Positions 54,751 through 64,000 of a stretch of DNA of 64,000 nucleotides are shown here, piece after piece. The stretch comes from the human T2T-CHM13v2.0 reference genome, Homo sapiens, in assembly GCF_009914755.1 (NCBI RefSeq), contig NC_060942.1. The stretch is one strand, 5' to 3'. Made by a program: the position numbers and the translations under genes. Position 1 is the first letter of the stretch. Each line of letters starts with the position of its first letter. The notes under the pieces were generated by a model that saw only the letters and a list, made by a program, of their open reading frames with translations, was not told the origin of the DNA and ran no database searches.

Positions 54751-56385
54751 TTACAGGGCCACTTGCTGCCACTCGTTTTTTTTCTCTTGACCAATTATTT
54801 GGTGCATTCTAATTTTTTTTACTTATGAAAAGCTCTTACATAAAATCGGGTTATCTATATACATAATTGTGCATAGAAATAGGCTTTCTCAATTTAAATG
54901 ATAGGAGATCAGGAAAACATTCTATAATCTTCATTACTTGATCAACCCAAGTCTGTCTGTCCATTTTACAAGTGGCATAGGGACTGGGAAAAAAATCTAT
55001 TCATATATCATGGATATAGACACTTGTAAACTAGGGTTAGCCTATAGGAAATTGCTTAAAAATTTAATAAGCTCTAGGGTTTAATTTTTCCCTGTTGACT
55101 TAAAGATGAATTGCACTTACTTAAAGTGGGAAATCAATGGGAAGGAAGCAATGACTGAGAAGTGCTATAAAAATGTGTCTGTCCTTGAGAGTTGGAACAA
55201 ATATTCATGGGCAAAGGAATCTGTATGTTGTGCTTTCAGGTGTGCAAATTGATCCATTTAACTCAATATGTTAAGGCTTACAATTTCATCATGACAACCT
55301 TAAGTATATTTGAAAACAAATGTATATAGATATCTCCACCTATTTTTTAATCACAACTTCCGCATGTTTCTGTCAAAGCAGATCTTAATGTGATTTTGTT
55401 TAATAGAGCATAAGTTTTAGCATGTATAACTTTATTATGTCGGTACCATGGATTCTCAGCCCAAAATTTAGTATTTGACTCCAAAGTAGCAACATGATTT
55501 CGGTACATCGAGTTTTAAAGATAGACAAAAATCTGGTGATGTTCATCTTAAAAAGTAAAAGTAGATGAGGCCTCTCAGCCCCTTCTGAGGCATTATGTTA
55601 CTTTCCCAGAGTTACACTTTTAATTCTTCTGATTAATTTGATGAATTTATCGGTAATTTATCTGATTCAGCCTTATGAAACAGTATTATCAGGTTTTGTG
55701 CAATAAAATGCTGGAAAATGCCAGGGGATTTAGATGAATCATTTAATCTTTTTTGATAATGGGGCCAAAGTAGATAATTACTTACACTGTATATCCTCCA
55801 GCTATAAAATGTCATGGTTACTGAATGTGAAATTGGGGAAGCATCTCATTTTCCAGAACTCTAAAGTAGCATCTCAGCAGTTTCACTCTGCTTTTGTGGT
55901 TTCAAATTTTGGTTCTTGTATTTCAGCAAGCACCTTCACATTTTCGGTATCCTAGGATCCAAAGGGAGAAAGTAAAATAAAAGACAGTGGGAAAAGAAAG
56001 CTTACCGTAGAAAGGGGAAAGCTTCCTTTCTGTTCTTGAAGCCCCACAATATCACATCCTCTAAATCTGGCCGTTTAGTGTAAACTCCAGGAGGTAAAGA
56101 TAGAAGAGGACAGATTTGATGGCTTCGTCTTTTTATTTCTCTATTTCTGCTCATCACAAGGGCACCGGGGGTGAAAATGTGTATTAGACAGCAATGGGAA
56201 TAAAAGCACAAATTTGGAATGGGCCCATTTTGAAAGTTTTGAAAATTTTATTCACTCAAACAGAAATAAATCAGACTTTATATGAATTTCAATAAAAATT
56301 ATAATTATATATAATGAAAAAGTAAGCACAAGGTATTTTATCATGTCATGACTAATATGACAGACTGAGTCAAGTGATTAAATGA

Positions 56386-56631
<246 letters not shown>

Positions 56632-57359
56632 TAATCCTGTAGCGATAGTTAACAGCGGATCACTGTTAATTGTACTATAAAATGAATTCTAATTTGGGTT
56701 AATATGTACGATTAACAAATTTTATACTTTTATGAGGAATATTCTGCCTTGCCTGGTAATCATAAAATGCAAATTAACAAGCAATGAGATATGGTCTTTC
56801 CAATCATATTGATGTTTTATTTAAAAAGTAACTAGACAAATGTGAAGAAAGACATCCTCTTATACACTGTTGCTAAATGAAATTGGTAAATCTTTATTGA
56901 AGGGTAGTTCAGTAGCATGCATCACAATTTTAAATATGTCATTTCGTTAACCTGACAGCTTTACTTCTGGGACTAGATTCTACAGGAAAATATGAGTTTA
57001 CACATACACACAAGCAGTTGAGGTCATTAATTGTATATTTATTATACATATGATATAGAAGATATCTTGTATATCATATATATAACATGCAATAGGCCAA
57101 CATATATATGCATGTGTAGTTATTTCTTTATATGAAATTGTTGCGTGCATACATATATATGGTAAGAACTTTCATTATAGCATTGTCATATCAAAATGTT
57201 TGAGATTGTGTAAAAGTCTGTTAATTAAAGGAAATAAGTAGTCACACCCATAAAATAATGTACTATGCAACCCTCTTATAAAAATGAAGTTGCATTTATA
57301 GTGTAGTGATTATTTCACCAGTAAAGTATCTTTAAAGCATTGGGTTTGATAACACATCT

Positions 57360-58615
57360 TGTATTAGTCTATTTTCATACTGCTGTAAAGACACTACCTG
57401 ACACTGGGTAATTTATAAACAAAAGAAGTTTAATTGACTCACAGTTCCTCCTGGCTGGGGAAGCCTCAGGAAATTTACAATCATGACAGAAGGCAAAGGA
57501 GAAGCAAGCACCTTCTTCACAAGGCGGTAGGAGAGAGTGAGAGCAAGGAAGTGCCACACTTTAAAAACATTAGCTCTTGTGAGAACTCACTCACTATCAC
57601 AAGAACAGCATGGGGGAAACAGCCTCCATGATCAAGTCACTTCCCACCAGGTCTCTCTTCTGACAGGTAGGGATTATGATTTGAGATGAGATTTTGGTGG
57701 GGACACAGCACCAAACCATATTATTCCACCCTGGCCCCTTTCAAATCTCATGTCCTTTTCACATTTCAAAACCAATACTGCCTTCCCAACAGTGCCCCCA
57801 ATGTCTTAACTCAGTCAAGCTTTAACCCAAAAGTCCAAGTTCAATGTCTCATCCGAGACAAGGATGTGAGCCTGTGAAATCAAAAATTAGTTAGTTCTAA
57901 GATACAGTGGGGGTACATGCATTGGGTGAATGTTCCCATTCCAAATGGGAGAAATTAGCCAAAAGAAAGGAGCCACGGGCCCCATGCAAGTCTGAAACTC
58001 TACTTGGCAGTCATTAAATCTTAAAGCTCCTAAATGATCTCCTTTGACTCCATTTCTCACATCCAGGGCACACTGATGCAAAATGTGGGCTCCCATGGCC
58101 TTGGGCAGCTCTGCCCCTGTGGCTCTGCAGGGTTCAGCCCTTGTGGCTGCTTTCACAGTCTGATGTTGAGTGCCTGCAGCTTTTCCAGGTGCACAGTATG
58201 AGCTGTCAGTGGATCTACCTTTCTGGGGTCTGGAAGATGGTCACCATCTTCTCACAGCTCTTCGAAGCAGTGCCCCATTGGCAACTCTTTTTGGGGGCTC
58301 CAACTCCACATTTCCCTTCTGCACTGCCCTAGCAGAGGTTCTTCATGAGGGCTCTGCCCCTGCAGCAGACTTTTGCTTGGACATCTAGGCATTTCCATAC
58401 ATCCTCTGAAATCTAGGCAAAGGTTCCCAAACCTCACCTCTTGTGTTCTGTGCACCTGTAGGCCCAACACCACATGGATGCTGCCAAGGCATGGGGTTTT
58501 CACTCTCTAAAGCAACAGCCTGAGCTGTGCCTTGGCCCTTTTTATCATGGCTGGAGCTGGACCAGCTGGGATGCAGGGTGCCATGTCCCGGGTCTGCACA
58601 GAGCAGTGGGGCCCT
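57360..58615 (-). mobile_element. ERVL-MaLR (THE1D/MSTA-like) LTR 57360-57723 plus internal sequence
   Basis: LTR tgtattagtc...ccaaaccatatta, followed by MaLR-int phrases (ccaaaagtccaagt, ggctcccatggccttgggcagctc). Confidence 0.88.
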
Positions 58616-58899
58616 AGCAAATTTTGTCGGAATACAATACTGTATGATCTTAATACTTGTAGTGTTTACTGAGTTAGAAAAGGAAGCTACATGCTATGTT
58701 GGCACTTTACTTTGTTACCAACATAATCGTTAGTTATAAAATTGTTGTTTTTCTCAGTGCAAAAGTGCTCAAATATTGGACCTTTATAATAATCTGAATA
58801 TTGCCAAGGGATTGTACATGGGGATCCATATTTTATATAAATATTTACAATATTGCTAAACGTTATCGAAGTATATCAAAGGACCTTTGATCTACCAAG

Positions 58900-59185
58900 C
58901 CAGGAGTTGGCCAACTTTTTATGTAAAGAACCAGATAGTAACAATTTTAGGCTTTATGGACCAGAGGGTCTGTGTTGTTGTAGTCCAACATCTTTCATAG
59001 ACAATAAATGAATAGGTGTTACTCTGTCACTCGATAAATGAATTACTGTCATTCAATAAATGAATAGGTTTCGTTGTCATTCAATAAAAGAATAGGTTTC
59101 ACTGTTACCAAAAAAAAAAAAAAAAACAGACAGACAGGTAGTAGGCTGAATTTGGCACACACTATTAATTTGCTGACCTGTGTGC
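58900..59185. mobile_element. MER58A-like hAT remnant
   Basis: caggagttggccaactttttatgtaaagaaccagatagtaa...ggctgaatttggc...tttgctgacc. Confidence 0.65.
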
Positions 59186-60126
59186 TTAAAACCAAGGTGC
59201 TGCCAATGCAGTGTATTTCCTGTTTAGAGGCACTCTCAATGCATGTCTTTAGTCTTCCTTTGAAAAGTATGCACCACACCATATTTTTCATTAGTGACTT
59301 CATATTGTATAATTTACAAAAATTAAGTTTACGAAATAAGATATTTTTGCATTGTCACTTTTTATTCTTGTTACAGAATTGAGTATTTTAGTATGACTAA
59401 TTGTTTTGTGTATTTGATGAGTATAAAATGTCTCAGAGTTGGGTGAGTTTTCTCAAGTAAGAAATACTGTCCTTGAAATCATTAGTCTTTCTATGGTCTT
59501 TATAAGCATGAGCAAAATGATAATCACTTTTATATAATCTAGAAATGCTCTATAATTTTATGGCTTTATTCATTTATACCATGGTCTGGCTTATAAAAAT
59601 GCCATATGTGTATAATTTTTTAAATGCTTAAGGTGTTAAAACATACTAGGTAATTAATCATTATAAAAGTATTGGGAAATACAGCTGAACAAGAAGAAAA
59701 TTAGGTCATCCACGATAATGCCACTTAGGTATGATGTCCTTGAAATTGAACTGTCTGTACTCATGGACTCAACCTTCCCTTCCATTCACTCTTGAACTCA
59801 CTGCTGTAATTTTCACTCTCACCGCTCCTCCAAAGTTGTTATTCTCAAGCTTGTCATTTTTTCACTGTAATACATCTAGACATAATTTCTTAGATCTCAT
59901 TTTATTTAACCTACCAGCAATATTTGACCCCATGGAGAACTTTCTCCACCATATCACTTTGTTCACTTGGCTTTCAGAATGTCAGTCACTCACCTAGATT
60001 TTCCTCCTGTCTTTCTAGTTGTTTTAGTTGTGACATTAGGTTGTGAACTTAAGATCTTTCTTTTTGATGTGAGCATTTAGCTTCATCCCTGTGATGCAAG
60101 GTTGTTTCAACATGTGCAAATCAATA

Positions 60127-60424
<298 letters not shown>

Positions 60425-61060
60425 TCAATAAATGTAATTAATCAAATAAACAGAATTATTCTGTTTATTATTGAGATAATCACATCTCAATAGATTCAGA
60501 AATGTCTTTTGATGAAATTCAACATTTATGTTAAAAGCTCTCAACTAGTTATTGAAGGAACATACCTCAAAATAATAAGAGCCGTATATGACAAACCCAC
60601 AGCAAACGTCATACTGAATGAGCAAAAGCTGGAAGCGGTCCCCTTGAAAAGTGGCACTAGACAAGGATGCCCTCTCTCACCACTTCTTTTCAACGTAGTA
60701 TTGTAAGTTCTGGCCAGGGTAATCCATCAAGAGAAAGAAATAATGGGCATCCAAGTAGGAAGAGAGGAAGTCAAACTATCTTAGTTTGAAGATGACATGA
60801 TCCTATACCTAGAAAACCACATAGTGTGAGGCCAAAATCTTCTTAAGCTGATACAACTTGAGGAAAGTCTCAGGATACAAAATCAATGTGCAAAAATTAG
60901 TACCATTCCCATAGACCAACAATAGTGAAGAGCCAAACCAAGAACTAATTCTTACTCACAATTGCCACCAAAACAACAACAACATAAAAACCTAGGAATA
61001 CAGCTAAGTAGAGAGGGGAAAGATCTCTACAAGGAGAACTACAAAACACTGCTCAAAGAT

Positions 61061-61292
61061 AGAGTTTGAAACCAGCCTGGCCAACATGGTGAAACCCTGC
61101 CTCTACTAAAAATACAAAAATTAGCCGGGCGTGGTGGCAGGCACCTGTAATCTCAGTTACTTGGGAGGCTGAGGCAAGAGAGTTGCTGGAACCCAGGAGG
61201 CGGAGGTTGCAGTGAGCAGAGATCATGCCATTGTGCTTCAGCCCAGGCCGACAACAGCAAGACTCCAACTGAAAAAAAAAAAAAAAAAAAAA
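61061..61292 (+). mobile_element. 5'-truncated AluS
   Basis: Starts at gagtttgaaaccagcctggcc and ends in a long A tail. Confidence 0.92.
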
Positions 61293-62058
61293 GTCATACT
61301 GCCCAAAGCATTTCGTAGACTCAATGCTGTTCCTATTAAACTACCATTGACATTCTTTACAGAACTACAAGAAACTATTTTAAAATTCATAGGGAACCAG
61401 AAAAGGGTGTGAATAGCCAAGGCAGTCCTCAGCAAAAAGAACAAAGCTGGAGGAATCACACTACCTGACTTCAAACTATACTACAGAGTTACAGAAACCA
61501 AACAACATGGCACTGGTTCAAAAACAGACACATGGACCAGTTGAACAGAATAGAGAACCCAGAAATATGAACACACACCTGCAACTCTCTGATCTTCAAC
61601 AAACCTGACAAAAAGCAACAAGGACAGGACCGTATTTAATAAATGGTACTGGGATAACTGGCTAGCCATATGCAGAGGATTGAAACTTCACCCTTTCCTT
61701 ACACCATAAACAAAAATTACCTCAAGATGGATTAAAGATTTAACTGTAAAACCAAAAACTATAAAAACCCAGGAAGACAATCTAGGCAATACCATTCTGG
61801 ACATAGGCACCGGCAAAGATTTCATCATGAAGATGCCAAAGCAATTGCAACAAAAGCAAAAATTGACAAATGGAATCTAATTAAACTAAGGAGCTTCTGC
61901 ACAGCAAAAGAAACTGTCATCAGACTGAACAGACGACCTCCACAAGGGAAGACGTTTTGCAAACTATGCATCTGGCAAAGGTCTGATATCTAACATCTGT
62001 AAGAAACTTAAATACAAGAGAAAACCCCATAAAAAGTGGGCAAAGGACATGAACAGAT

Positions 62059-62353
62059 TTCTTTTTTTCTTTTTCTTTTAGTCTGGCGTTGTCTCCCAGG
62101 CTGGAGTGCAGTGCTGTGATCTCCACTCACTGCAACCTCCCCATCCCGGGTTAAGTGATTCTCATGCCTCAGCCTGCCGAGTAACTGGGACTACAGGCAT
62201 GCCCTACCACACCCTGCTAATTTTTGTATTTTTAGCAGAGATGGGTTTTTGCCGTGTTGGTCAGGCTGGTCTCGAACTCCTGACCTCAGGTAATCTGCCC
62301 ACCTTGGCCTCCCAAAGTGCTGGGATTACAGATGTCAGCCGCTGCTCCAGGCC
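62059..62353 (-). mobile_element. AluS
   Basis: Alu dimer, flanked by gaacagat. Confidence 0.94.
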
Positions 62354-62504
62354 AAGAACAGATACTTTTCAAAAGAAGACATACACAAGATCAACAAACA
62401 TGGAAAAAAAGCTCAACTTCACTGATCGTTAGAGAAATGCAAATCATAACCCCTATTAACATGCCATCTAACACCAATAAGAATGGCTATTATTAAAAAG
62501 TCCA

Positions 62505-62876
<372 letters not shown>

Positions 62877-63594
62877 TCAGCCATTGTGGAAAACAGTGTG
62901 GCATTTCCTCAAAGACAGAAGTACCATTCAACCTAGCAATCTTATTACTGGGTATATACCCAAAGGAATATAAATTATTCTGTTATAAAGACACATGCAT
63001 ATGTTCATTGCAGTACTATTCACAATAGCAAAGACCTGGAATCAAAGTAAATGCCTATCACTCATAGACTGGATATAGAAAATGTGGTACATATATACCA
63101 GGAAATATTAGGTAGCCATAAAAAATGAGATCATGTCATTTGGTGGAACATGGATGGAGCTGGTGGCCATTATTCTTAGCAATTTAACACAGTAAAAGAA
63201 AACCAAATACCACATGTTCTCTCTCACAAATGGGAGCTAAATGGTGAGAACACATAGACACATTGATAGGAGCAAAACACACTGGCACCTTCTGGAAGGT
63301 GGAGTGGAGGATGAGTGGAGGGAAAGGATCAGGAAGAATAACTAATGAGTACTAGGCTTAATACGTGTGTGATGAAATAATCTGCAACAAAACCCCGTGA
63401 CACAAGTTTACATATATAACAAACCTGCAGTTGTACCACTGAACTTAAAAAAAATGCCAAGGTTAAAATCTTATTTTTAAAATATTACAAGATTCAGACA
63501 TTATTACTTATATTCACAAATGGAAAGATAATATGAATTCATCTGCTATCATATTACTTGAAAATAAATATTACTTTCATAGCATATTGCGAAA

Positions 63595-63820
63595 CGCATG
63601 TTTTGGAGCCAAAGTTCTTGGGTTTGAATGCTTAGTCTGCTATTGAACAGTTTTATGTGTTTGGGCAGGTTATGTGGCCTTTCTGTGCCTAGTTTCTTTC
63701 TTTATAAAATATCTATTATGTTACCTACTTTACAGAATTGCTGGGAGGATTTAAATGACTTAAATACATGTACAGTGTTTAGAATAGTGCACAGTACTTG
63801 CGCAGTATGTCCCGAAAAGG
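63595..63820 (+). mobile_element. MIR fragment
   Basis: MIR core phrases (gggtttgaat, ttgggcaggttat, tctgtgcctagtttct, tgggaggatttaaatga). Confidence 0.65.
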
Positions 63821-64000
63821 CTAGCTAATGTTATCATTAAAAAAGGGATTCTGTTACACAAGTAATATTTATCAAATAGGTCTTAGTACCAGTAAAACTT
63901 TGTTTGTATTGAAAAGGGCAAAACCCCAGGATACATATTTTTTTATCAAATACTGCAAATAACATGTTTTTTTTTCTGTCTTTGATGATCAGAAAGCTTG

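Overview
Eukaryotic, primate (human or great-ape) DNA from a segmental-duplication-type mosaic. The species cannot be fixed from the sequence alone. The right third holds the promoter and first eight coding exons of ANKRD62 (+ strand, 42782-56630), all GT-AG and in frame. The gene continues past the window, and my recollection places the human orthologue on 18p11.21. Upstream lies a dense set of gene relics, all on the minus strand: processed copies of KIF1C (3' part), SSBP4 (near full length, with a retained intron and an extra exon), ADGRA3/GPR125 (ectodomain-only isoform) and NFKB2 (ankyrin/death-domain half), plus an intron-containing seven-exon COL11A2 fragment that the ORF track does not show. 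An SDHD retrocopy and a U6 copy sit in ANKRD62 introns. The relics are interleaved with REP522-like palindromic GC-rich repeat, whose symmetry centre looks like a back-to-back CCAAT/TATA promoter, and with a 3-kb (CCCTGG)-type array. There is also a 1.65-kb inverted duplication whose junction carries two templated insertions. Most ORF-track entries are spurious products of GC-rich repeats, Alus and L1s. Gene identities come from recalled protein sequences, not from a database search.
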